Assembly (NCBI GenBank): GCA_963675595.2 | Contig: CAXXLZ010000002.1 | Coordinates: 32,001-96,000 of the forward strand | Length of the DNA: 64,000 bases | Direction of reading: 5' to 3' | Source: Thermodesulfobacteriota bacterium | GTDB lineage: Bacteria > Desulfobacterota > Desulfarculia > JACQYL01 | In this document: positions 46,334 to 55,145 of the stretch, piece after piece | Numbering within the stretch: the first letter of the stretch is position 1 | Layout: every line of letters starts with the position of its first letter | Program-made: the position numbers and the translations under genes | The notes under the pieces: generated by a model | Database searches by the model: none | Told to the model about the DNA's origin: nothing | The model's input: only the letters and a program-made list of their open reading frames with translations

Positions 46334-46876
46334 CTATTGAACCACGAATTCCGTAAAATACACTCTTTGGATCTTCCCCGTATTCAACAGGCGGTTGATC
46401 CGTGCCTTGATCTCACTCTTCAGCACCTGCTTCCCTGAAAGGCTTGAGATCTCCTCGTAACTCTTTGAGCTTAAGAGGGATATGATCGTATCCCTCAACT
46501 GGGGGGTCCTGTTGGTCAGCTCCCGAGAAAGAACATCGTTGTCCATCTCGAGCTTGACGCTTACCTTCAGGTATCTTTCCCCCTCCTTTTCCTGGAGATT
46601 GACCACGAAAGTATCCAAGGGAAACAAGGGACCCATCTCGGGATTGTATCTTACGGTTTCCTGTCTCGGTGCGGTCCCGGAAGATGTCTCCACGGAGCCG
46701 GTGCTGGGCGTTGACATCGTCGAAGAGGGAGAAAGAAGCAAAAACCATGCGGCGGCTCCTCCAAGCACAACGACGAGACCAATACCCGCTATGAGGATCA
46801 GGCCGAGCTTCCCTTTTTTCTTCTTCGGAACTTGCCCCCCCTCGGTGGCGCCTTTTTCCGTTTTCTCCTTTGCCAT
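46334..46876 (-). CDS. fliL: Basal-body protein FliL
   Basis: TM, FVVNL, RYLKV, PQLRD, VYFTEFVVQ. Confidence 0.95.
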   Translation of the reverse strand: MAKEKTEKGATEGGQVPKKKKGKLGLILIAGIGLVVVLGGAAAWFLLLSPSSTMSTPSTGSVETSSGTAPRQETVRYNPEMGPLFPLDTFVVNLQEKEGERYLKVSVKLEMDNDVLSRELTNRTPQLRDTIISLLSSKSYEEISSLSGKQVLKSEIKARINRLLNTGKIQRVYFTEFVVQ

Positions 46877-46888
46877 AGGAACCGCTCC

Positions 46889-47788
46889 TCACATGTTGTA
46901 GGTCAGAAGGATTTCGACTCGCCGGTTCTCTTCCCTTCCCTCTTCGGTCCTGTTGGATGCCACAGGCCGGGAGTCGGCATATCCGGCCACCGAAAACATC
47001 TCTCGGGGCAAGCCGCTCACCTTATGGAGAATCTCCATCACCCCCATGGCCCTGCCGATGGAGAGTTCCCAGTTGCTCGGGAAACGGAGAGTATGTATGG
47101 GAAGATCATCCGTATGCCCTTCCACCACCACGTTCAAACCCTTGATGGTTGCTACGAAACGGCCGATACGCTCGATAATGGGAACCCCTTCCTCCTTGAC
47201 GTCCACTTCGCCGGAATCAAAGAGCAACACCTGGGGCACCATAATGCTTACGGAGCCGTCCTGCCGAATCTCGAAAATCAAGCCCGGATTTACATCCTGC
47301 AAAGCCTGAGCGCCACTTTTCAGAAGGTCGGCCGTATTCGGCGGCGACGGCGGTACCCGTCCCTCATGATCGGCTCCCTCCTTCTTGCCTTCGGATTTTC
47401 CCCCGGAGGAATCGGCAATGCGCTTCGTGACGGTGTTGGACGGTATTTCCTCTTTCCGAAGGGCATCGTCCCCCGCCGAGTTCGCTTGCTCCTCATCCGA
47501 CCGGTACAGACGCTCTACGGTTTTCGGCTGCTTGCCCGCCTTGAGTACGGGCACCATGGGCCGAAACACCTCGATCTCCTCGGTCACGCCTTCCCCCAAC
47601 GCCCCCAGCGAGTCACGGAATTCGCTGTAAAGACGTTTGGCTTTGCCCGAGTCCATGGAACCCATGGCCAGCAGCAAAACGAAAAAGGTCAGCAACAGCG
47701 TCATCAGATCGTTGAAAGTGGTCAGCCACGAGGCGCTGTCGGTCTTTTCCGCGGAATGTCTATTCCTTGGTCTTTTCCTCACCGGCAT
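46889..47788 (-). CDS. motB: Stator B subunit, second paralog
   Basis: WLTTFNDLMTLLLTFFVLL, VEGHTD, SNWELS, NRRVEI. Confidence 0.9.
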   Translation of the reverse strand: MPVRKRPRNRHSAEKTDSASWLTTFNDLMTLLLTFFVLLLAMGSMDSGKAKRLYSEFRDSLGALGEGVTEEIEVFRPMVPVLKAGKQPKTVERLYRSDEEQANSAGDDALRKEEIPSNTVTKRIADSSGGKSEGKKEGADHEGRVPPSPPNTADLLKSGAQALQDVNPGLIFEIRQDGSVSIMVPQVLLFDSGEVDVKEEGVPIIERIGRFVATIKGLNVVVEGHTDDLPIHTLRFPSNWELSIGRAMGVMEILHKVSGLPREMFSVAGYADSRPVASNRTEEGREENRRVEILLTYNM

Positions 47789-48512
47789 TGCCGTCCTTGT
47801 TGAGTGCGGTCAACTTGATCTCGACCCTCCGGTTCTTCGCCCGACCTTCCTCGGTATCGTTGGAGGCCAGGGGCCGATATTCGCCGTACCCTCTTGCCTG
47901 CAGTTTGCGAGGTGCAATTCGGAAGCGTTTCTCCATATAGAGCATCACTTCGGTGGCCCTCATGGCGGACAATTCCCAATTGGAAGGAAATACGGCGGTC
48001 CGAATGGGACGGTCGTCCGTGTGGCCGCCCACCACGGCAAGCACATCGGATTTGCGAATCGTGTTGGCGATGATGTCCAAGGCGTCATGGGCGGCCGGTT
48101 TGACGTCCGCCTTCCCCGAATCGAACAACAGATCGTCCTTCACCACGAACTCGACTCCATCCTCCGTGCCTTTTACTTCCACATATTCCTCCACCCCCGC
48201 TCCACCGAACTGGGCGATCAGGTTTTCCACGGTACGCCTTACCTCTTCCCGCACCGCAACACGGCCTTTCGAAGCCTGGTCCGGGGAATACAGCTTCAAT
48301 GATTTCCCCAGTTCAGCACTAACGCCGCCCTGTTGGAGACCAACGGCCCCGCGAAAAGACCTCGATATTTCGATCAGCCTTCCTTGTTCCATTTGCATGT
48401 AACTGACAATCAGAACGAAAAAGGTAACCAGAAGCATGGCGAGGTCCCCGTACGTCGTCATCCATATGGCCTCAAGCTTGTCGCCCTTTTTCCTCTTACG
48501 ATAGAAAGCCAT
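47760..48512 (-). CDS. motB: Stator B subunit
   Basis: WMTTYGDLAMLLVTFFVL, GHTDD, SNWELSAMRA, NRRVEI. Confidence 0.92.
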   Translation of the reverse strand: MAFYRKRKKGDKLEAIWMTTYGDLAMLLVTFFVLIVSYMQMEQGRLIEISRSFRGAVGLQQGGVSAELGKSLKLYSPDQASKGRVAVREEVRRTVENLIAQFGGAGVEEYVEVKGTEDGVEFVVKDDLLFDSGKADVKPAAHDALDIIANTIRKSDVLAVVGGHTDDRPIRTAVFPSNWELSAMRATEVMLYMEKRFRIAPRKLQARGYGEYRPLASNDTEEGRAKNRRVEIKLTALNKDGNAGEEKTKE

Positions 48513-48581
48513 GACGTCGATTTCCTCGGGCTACGATTGCCGTCGATTCAGACAAATTTGAAACGTTTCGGTTCCCATCGG

Positions 48582-49349
48582 TCACTGCAAGAAAGCACTT
48601 CTTCTCTCATCCGGAGGAACATACGCATGAAGCTTGTTTTCCACGATTCTGGGATTGTCCCCGGCTTGAATGGAGCGAATGCCTTCCGTAATTACCTCTT
48701 TTAACAGGATTTCTTCCTGGCTTCTGGTCTTGAGTTTTCCCGCAATGGGCAAACAGATCAGATTTGCCAGAATGACCCCGTAAAAAGTCGTCAATAAAGC
48801 GACGGCCATGGCGGGTCCGATTTTGCTCGGATCCTCCATTTGCATAAGCATCTGCACCAGGCCGATAAGGGTACCCACCATGCCCATGGCGGGCGCAAAA
48901 GTCCCCATGGTTGTGAACACCTCGGCGCCGAGCCGGTGTCTCTCCTCAATGTACTCGATCTCCGTCTCCAGGATACTGGAAATGACTTCCGGCTCCAATC
49001 CGTCTATGGCAAGGGCCAACCCCTTGGCCATGAAAGGGTCCGAAATCTTTCCGGATTCGTTTTCGAGAGCCAGGATTCCTTCCTTTCGGGTCACCTGGGC
49101 GAAGTGCACCATCGACTCGATCACTTCGGTTCTCGATGGAAGACTGTGGAAGACCACGTTTCTGACCACCATGAAAATGCGGAGAACGTCCTTCAGAGGA
49201 TAGTTGATCAAAGTCGCGCCAATGGTCCCGCCGACTACGATCATGATTGATGGAATGCTGACGAACCACCCGAAGCCTCCCCCAACGAAGATGGCCAAGA
49301 AGACCAGTCCGAATCCACTGATGATACCGATAATCGTCGAGATATCCAT
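48582..49349 (-). CDS. motA: Stator A subunit (MotA/PomA)
   Basis: RKEGILALE, APAMGMVGTLIGLVQML, MAVALLTTFYG. Confidence 0.95.
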   Translation of the reverse strand: MDISTIIGIISGFGLVFLAIFVGGGFGWFVSIPSIMIVVGGTIGATLINYPLKDVLRIFMVVRNVVFHSLPSRTEVIESMVHFAQVTRKEGILALENESGKISDPFMAKGLALAIDGLEPEVISSILETEIEYIEERHRLGAEVFTTMGTFAPAMGMVGTLIGLVQMLMQMEDPSKIGPAMAVALLTTFYGVILANLICLPIAGKLKTRSQEEILLKEVITEGIRSIQAGDNPRIVENKLHAYVPPDERRSAFLQ

Positions 49350-49393
49350 TTGAGCCCCGTAACCGCAACTCCGGTTGAGTACGGCTTTCCTTG

Positions 49394-49410
49394 AGCAAGG
49401 ATCGTACCAA
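49394..49410 (-). promoter_or_regulatory. Sigma54 promoter of the motA operon
   Basis: TTGGTACG-ATCC-TTGCT, 45 bp upstream of the motA ATG. Confidence 0.75.
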
Positions 49411-49595
49411 GCGACCCCACGAGGTCGCTCTGGCGATGCCCGATACCGATCGCCACCCGAAACTTGAAGTTCCCTTCATCGCTCCTTCGCGGTTTCCACG
49501 GGATCGACCCGATAGGGCGCCGCTGTTTTGAGATCGGTGCCTTCGGCTTTTGGCTCGAGCGAGACCAAATTTTTCCGAAAGAGCAACCGCCCGGA

Positions 49596-49609
49596 GTCAT
49601 GTTTTTGAC
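49596..49609. promoter_or_regulatory. Candidate enhancer-binding-protein site (FleQ-like box)
   Basis: GTCA-TGTTTT-TGAC dyad about 190 bp upstream of the sigma54 promoter. Confidence 0.4.
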
Positions 49610-49933
49610 GCCGGATACCGCTTAAGAAGCGGATTTCCCAAAGGTATCCGGGATGTCGGTCTTGAGAGTTCCAGGGAACTGTGTTACCTGTGCAGTTGAC
49701 GCGCTTGTTGCTTGTATTCCCGTGATGTGCCGACACACCGTTTTCCAAAATTCAGTATAGCCGGATCATGAGCGTTTGTGTATCCTTTGACCCCGGTCAG
49801 ACTGAAAATTTTCCTCTTTTCGCTCTTGAACGTCGCCTCGGACTCTGATCCAATGAGGCGGAAGACACGGAAACGCCCTCGAACGGCGGTCGCCGTGCGC
49901 CTTATCGTTACCTGCTCCCACAAGGAAAAAGTT

Positions 49934-52537
49934 TTGAATGGTCAATCCCGACTGGAATCCAATCTGAAAGCACTCCGTCGCTCGTATCCGGAATTGGCGG
50001 ATCGCATCGAGGCGAGCCCCGACTTGCCTCCTGAAACCCTCTTCCTGACCTCCACGGGACATCCGAATCTTCGTTTTCCCATGGAAGACGGTCGCCTTTT
50101 CGCCCTTTATCCGGGTCCGGATCCCGAGTTCCACCTGCCCGATGCGGAAAAAAACGAGGTTCGCGGAGAAGATACGGCTACCTTGCTGCTGGGTTTCGGA
50201 CTAGGCTATCTCGCCTTGACACTCTACGAGAATTCCGACCCGAACCACCCGTTGATATTCGTGGAACCGGACCTCGCCGTGCTCAAGGCCGCCTTCACAT
50301 GGAATGATATGGGGCCTCTGGCGGCCTCACGCAAGACATACTGGGCGACAAACGAGGCCGAAGTGAATGTCGCCTTTGAGAGACTTCAAAACGACCTTGT
50401 GACGAAGGTTTTTGTCAGCTACAGGCCTCTCCACGCACCCCACGGAAAACCCGTGTTTGATGCTCTTTTGAGAAAGATTCGAAGTCTGACCTACCACGTC
50501 ACCGGTTCGGCCAAGTTTGTAGAGGAGAACGGCCTCCTCACCGCAACGAACAGCACTCTGAATTTGGCCCATCGAATTACCGGCCAAAGCGTGGGAAAGC
50601 TCTTCGACCGGTTCCACAAGGTCCCGGCCGTACTCATCGGCGGCGGCCCCAGCCTCGAAAAGAATCTCCACCATCTCCGTGGGTACGTGGACCGCGCCGT
50701 CGTCCTATGCGCCGACAGCGCCTTGCGCTTCACCTTGGCGATGGGGATCGAACCCCATTTTGTCACGAGCATAGATCCTTCGGCCCTCAACCTCAAGAAG
50801 TTCGTCGGAGTTCCGGTGCCTCCCCACACGACGTTGGTATGTCCGCCGGTGGTCAATCCAAAAATCCTGGACCGATTTCCAGGGCTCACACTTTTCCACC
50901 TCAGAGGGGATCAAGACCCTTTGTGGAGCGAAGCGCTTCAAGGCGACGAGCGTCAAATCAAGCCGGTGACCACAGTGGCCCTCCTTTCGCTTCACCTCGC
51001 GCTGGCTATGGGATGCGACCCGATCATCCTCGTGGGACAGGATCTATCCTTTCCGGACAACCGCACGCATGCGGCCGACTTCGATACGTGGACCATGGCC
51101 AACGTCTCTCCTCGTCAGCTGGTTACGGTACGAAATATGTGGGGACGCGAAGTCAAGACCACCACGCAGTTCTTGGGTTTCGCTCAAGCATTCGAATCCG
51201 AGATCGGAAGACATCGACGTGTCTTCGTCAACGCCACCGAGTACGGAATCCCTCTCAGGGGATTCTCCCCCATGAGGTTCAAGGATGCATTGAATGTTTT
51301 CTGTTCGAAAACCCAAGACGCCTTGAAGCAATATTGGTGGTTGGAATCGACGCAGGGCCTCGACCGCTCCTCAGCGCTGAAAGAACTGATCGGCTCAGTT
51401 GAGAACCATGTACGAGCTCTTAAGCAGATGGTCCGACTCGGCGGCAAAATTCCGCTGCGGCGTACCGGCGAGGCCTCCTTGAACACCAAGGCTCGAAAAG
51501 CCGTGGACCGGCTCTCCGCCGAAATCCTCAAGACGCCGGCGTCCTGGTTCCTTGTGGCAACCACTTCGGCGACCTTGCTCCGTTGGGCCTTACGGCACCC
51601 TCCTCGCGCCTTTGCCTCCCTTGTTACGCGGAACGCGGCCATGGCAATCGAATTCGCCGACAGACTTCTGAAGAACGGCCCCAGGCTTCTCGATGCTTTG
51701 GGGGTAACGCTGCAACGGCTGCGACTGCTCGAAGCTGCAGAGGAAAATTGGGAAAGAGGTGAATGGGACGGATTACGCAAGCAGGCGGCACTGTTGAGAA
51801 AGCAGGGACTCCTGGCCGTTTCTCAATCAGTATTGCAGCAGGTGGTCTCAGCCGCCGCCGACCCTCAGGCCGTAACGGCTCGCAGGGAAATCCTTCTTGA
51901 AATGGATCAATTTCCCTTGGTTGCGGCGGAAGCCCCGTTACACGAACCGGAGAACGAGACCGCGGACTCTCTTCGCCGGAGGGCTGCGGAGTTGGAAGGA
52001 GATTGGAGGCGATTCGCGGATTCGATCCGGCAAAAGTTCGGCGGAGAAGAAAGCGATCCGGAAAACAACCTGCTTGAAGGAGCCCGGTTCTATTTGAGGT
52101 CGGGGAGCCCGAAAAACGCTGGGGCGCTCCTCACGGAATATCTGAATCGGTATGGGGAGAATGATCTCACGCTTTCATTGAGAGCGGAACTTTACATGGC
52201 GGGAGGACGTTGGCCCGAAGCCGTCGGGTGTTTTCGCGAGGCCGAGGCTCGGCATCCTCTCAATCCCGAGAGCCGGCATCTTCTCGGAAAAGCCCTGATC
52301 GGGGGGGGGGCGTTCCAGGAAGCGGAAGCCCTGCTACGGGAAATGTGCGTATCCGAATCGGCCGAACCGTCGGTTTTCGGAAGTTTGGCGGGACTCTACT
52401 TGGCCACGTCGCGGCCTCAAGAGGCTCTCCGATTACTGGACAAGGCGAAAGAGCGCTTTCCGGACAGTCCTTCCATTGCCGAACTCCATCGCAGCGTATC
52501 AGCCGCGGCCGGCCCCGGCATGCATCCAAACGATTGA
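49934..52537 (+). CDS. Maf-like (DUF115/MptE-like) flagellar glycosyltransferase with C-terminal TPRs
   Basis: LESNLKAL, GFGLGY, LIGGGPSLEKNL, CADSAL, PHFVTSIDP, GCDPIILVGQDLS, VNATEYG; TPR helices at C-terminus; start probably TTG 49934. Confidence 0.85.
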   Translation: MNGQSRLESNLKALRRSYPELADRIEASPDLPPETLFLTSTGHPNLRFPMEDGRLFALYPGPDPEFHLPDAEKNEVRGEDTATLLLGFGLGYLALTLYENSDPNHPLIFVEPDLAVLKAAFTWNDMGPLAASRKTYWATNEAEVNVAFERLQNDLVTKVFVSYRPLHAPHGKPVFDALLRKIRSLTYHVTGSAKFVEENGLLTATNSTLNLAHRITGQSVGKLFDRFHKVPAVLIGGGPSLEKNLHHLRGYVDRAVVLCADSALRFTLAMGIEPHFVTSIDPSALNLKKFVGVPVPPHTTLVCPPVVNPKILDRFPGLTLFHLRGDQDPLWSEALQGDERQIKPVTTVALLSLHLALAMGCDPIILVGQDLSFPDNRTHAADFDTWTMANVSPRQLVTVRNMWGREVKTTTQFLGFAQAFESEIGRHRRVFVNATEYGIPLRGFSPMRFKDALNVFCSKTQDALKQYWWLESTQGLDRSSALKELIGSVENHVRALKQMVRLGGKIPLRRTGEASLNTKARKAVDRLSAEILKTPASWFLVATTSATLLRWALRHPPRAFASLVTRNAAMAIEFADRLLKNGPRLLDALGVTLQRLRLLEAAEENWERGEWDGLRKQAALLRKQGLLAVSQSVLQQVVSAAADPQAVTARREILLEMDQFPLVAAEAPLHEPENETADSLRRRAAELEGDWRRFADSIRQKFGGEESDPENNLLEGARFYLRSGSPKNAGALLTEYLNRYGENDLTLSLRAELYMAGGRWPEAVGCFREAEARHPLNPESRHLLGKALIGGGAFQEAEALLREMCVSESAEPSVFGSLAGLYLATSRPQEALRLLDKAKERFPDSPSIAELHRSVSAAAGPGMHPND

Positions 52538-52541
52538 TCCG

Positions 52542-52567
52542 AAAGAAAAGCCGGGGCGAACCCCGGC
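52542..52567 (-). terminator. Rho-independent terminator after flgE
   Basis: GCCGGGG-TTCG-CCCCGGC-TTTTCTTT on the minus strand. Confidence 0.88.
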
Positions 52568-52607
52568 GTGAATCTCGGTATATTCCCGCGAACGGAAACG
52601 GTCCCGT

Positions 52608-54113
52608 TTATCGCTTGATGCTCATGAGGTCCGAAAGCATGGAGTCGGACGTGCTGACCACCTTGGTATTGGCCGTGTAGGCTCGTTGCACCGTAATCAG
52701 TTTGACGAATTCGGTACCTATGTCCACATTGGAAAGCTCGAGGGAATAGGAAAGAACGCTGGAACGCCCCGTTCCCGCGACATTGTGGATCGCTTGACCC
52801 GAGGCTCTGGACTCCTCGAACCTGGTGTCCCCTACCTTGGTCAGGCCGTGGGCGTTTCGGAAATAGCCCAGCACCAATTGTCCCACTTCCCGCACTTCTC
52901 CGTTCGTAAAGCTTCCAGTAACGATGCCCTCCTCCGTGACATTTAGGCTCTGAAGCTCCCCGGCACCGTGACCGTCTTGTTCCACGTCACGCGTCACTGA
53001 GGCGGAGGCGTATTGGGTGATCCGACTCATGTTCGTGGTTACCGTTTGTGCCGTGGCCGCCCCGGTGGAAAGATGAAGATCCACAGTGACGTTTCCCGAT
53101 GCGGGAGAGGCCAAAGCGCCCACCGAAGAAAAAGTCACGTTGAACGGATATCCGGTGTTGGCATAGTAATCGTAGTCTACTTGCCAGCCACCGCCGCCCG
53201 GAGGCGTAGACCCGAAAGTCAACGACATCACCCCGTTTTCGTCGGTTTCCACAAGTACTTGGCCGGCCACGGGAGTTCCCGAGTAGATGGGCGACAAGTT
53301 CACCGTGCCTCCGGCGTCACTGAAAACCAGCGTGCCGACGTCCACATTGGCATTGGCCAGCGTATAGGGACCGGATCCGGACCCCAGCGCCTCGCCGGCC
53401 ACGGCCGTCGAAACGGCTCCGGGCGCGGTGGCGATTCCATACTGGACCGGAATGCTGGGCACGCACGACCAAGTATTGACCCCTATCTTTGTATAGGTAT
53501 AGGAAAGGGGAATGTCTCGGCCCTGAGAGTCCCAGGTGGTGACGGTGGCGGTGTATTGGCCCGACTCGGTCTCGGGATCGTTCGGAACATAGACCGGAGC
53601 TTCCGCGTTCAGATTCAGAACGAGAGAGCTTTCCGTGGTTGCCTCCGCAGCCCCCAGGACCACCGTGTCCACCCTAAGGTCCACCTGCTCCGTGTAATCG
53701 ATGACCCCGCCGTTGTCCAGGCCGAAGCCCCTCACACGAAGGCCGTCGGTGGTAATCAGGTAGCCTTCCTTATCCAAAATGAACTGTCCGTTACGGCTGT
53801 AATAAAGCGTGTCGTCTCCGACCTCCCGGGTCACGAAAAAACCCGCACCATCGATGGAGAGGTCGGTCGAGTTCTCGGTATACTCGAGAGAACCCTGTAC
53901 ATAGTCCACTTTCACACTTCCCATGAACACGCCGCGCCCGACCTGTATATTCGCAGCTCCTCCCTGGAAATTCGAGCTCAAGATATCGAAGAAGGTCGTA
54001 CTGCTTCTCTGAAAACCGACCGTGTTCGCGTTGGCGATGTTGTTACTGATCACACTCATGGAATTGGAGTTCGCGTTTAGTCCGGTGATGCCGGTATATA
54101 ATGCGCCGAGCAT
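52608..54113 (-). CDS. flgE: Flagellar hook protein
   Basis: SNNIANANTVGF, DLSIDGAGFF, YSRNGQF, QDGH, LELSNVD, QRAYTAN. Confidence 0.96.
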   Translation of the reverse strand: MLGALYTGITGLNANSNSMSVISNNIANANTVGFQRSSTTFFDILSSNFQGGAANIQVGRGVFMGSVKVDYVQGSLEYTENSTDLSIDGAGFFVTREVGDDTLYYSRNGQFILDKEGYLITTDGLRVRGFGLDNGGVIDYTEQVDLRVDTVVLGAAEATTESSLVLNLNAEAPVYVPNDPETESGQYTATVTTWDSQGRDIPLSYTYTKIGVNTWSCVPSIPVQYGIATAPGAVSTAVAGEALGSGSGPYTLANANVDVGTLVFSDAGGTVNLSPIYSGTPVAGQVLVETDENGVMSLTFGSTPPGGGGWQVDYDYYANTGYPFNVTFSSVGALASPASGNVTVDLHLSTGAATAQTVTTNMSRITQYASASVTRDVEQDGHGAGELQSLNVTEEGIVTGSFTNGEVREVGQLVLGYFRNAHGLTKVGDTRFEESRASGQAIHNVAGTGRSSVLSYSLELSNVDIGTEFVKLITVQRAYTANTKVVSTSDSMLSDLMSIKR

Positions 54114-54287
54114 GGTTGTTCCTCCAAAATCGTCCGCCCATGGGCACCGAATTCCGGCTCACCGGAATCCATAAATCATGAGGTAGGATCGGCCCTTACC
54201 GCAAAGGCGGGCGAGGTTGATCGTTGACTTCGAAGAGTCCCCGACAGGGATTCACCGAAGGCGTCCGGCCGCAGCTGTCTCCGAGCA

Positions 54288-54506
54288 CTAGCCGAAGTTG
54301 GGTTGCTCAGTACCCGAACCGCAGGGTACTCCCAAACGGATGTTGGACGCTCCCCCCAACAAACAGGTCGTCCATGACCCCCGGAAGGCTCGTTCCGTTC
54401 CCGACCCCGCTTTGGCACACGGCCGGGTCGCGTAAGAAACTCCGCCGTTAAGTTCGTTCGAACACGTTCTTAATCCGGAAATCCCGGTTCCCAAGGTACC
54501 CAACAT
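54288..54506 (-). pseudogene. Decayed 5' fragment of a second flgE
   Basis: SD AGGAG then MLGTLGTGISGLRTCSNEL...LLGGASNIRLG* versus flgE MLGALYTGITGLNANSNSM...FQGGAANIQVG. Confidence 0.7.
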
Positions 54507-54525
54507 AATAGTGCTCCTACTGTTT

Positions 54526-55134
54526 TCAGCTAATGGATCCAACTTCCGAGAGTGTGATCTTTTGTCCGTTCACTTCCAAATAGGTGGCGCCGTCCTCAAA
54601 CGTTACTCCCGTGACTTCGCCCTTCTGGTAAGTGGCCGTTGATACCGAGTTTCCATCCGAGTCTTTGGCCGTTACGTTGAAGGTGTATTTTCCTTCCGGA
54701 GCCGTGGTTCCGGACAACGTCATACCGTCCCATGTTACGGACTGCTTCCCGGACGAAAGATCGTAGTATTCCAGTTCCTGCACGACCTCTCCCTCCTCGT
54801 CGAGAATCTGGACCGTCACTTGGGCCGCGTCATCCTCCAAGGCATAGGTGAGAGTTTCTCCGGAACCTTCTTCGGTCAGGTAGAATTCGTCTCCCTGAGA
54901 AGTCACTTCCTTGCCGATCAACCCCACGGCGAGCGTGCTGATGGTGGATGATTGGTAGGTAATCATTTGCTCCATGGACGAGTTCATGCTGTCGAGCTCT
55001 TCCACCGTGGTAAACATGGCCAACTGCTGCGTAAAATCTTCGTTGCTCACCGGCTCCAACGGGTTCTGATTCTGAATCTGAGCCAGGAACAGTGTCATGA
55101 ATTCTTCTTTGCCAAAACTTGTATCAATGTCCAT
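54526..55134 (-). CDS. flgD: Hook capping protein
   Basis: FMTLFLAQIQNQNPLEP, LIGKEV, WDG...G.YTF. Confidence 0.95.
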   Translation of the reverse strand: MDIDTSFGKEEFMTLFLAQIQNQNPLEPVSNEDFTQQLAMFTTVEELDSMNSSMEQMITYQSSTISTLAVGLIGKEVTSQGDEFYLTEEGSGETLTYALEDDAAQVTVQILDEEGEVVQELEYYDLSSGKQSVTWDGMTLSGTTAPEGKYTFNVTAKDSDGNSVSTATYQKGEVTGVTFEDGATYLEVNGQKITLSEVGSIS

Positions 55135-55145
55135 AGGGCCTCCCG

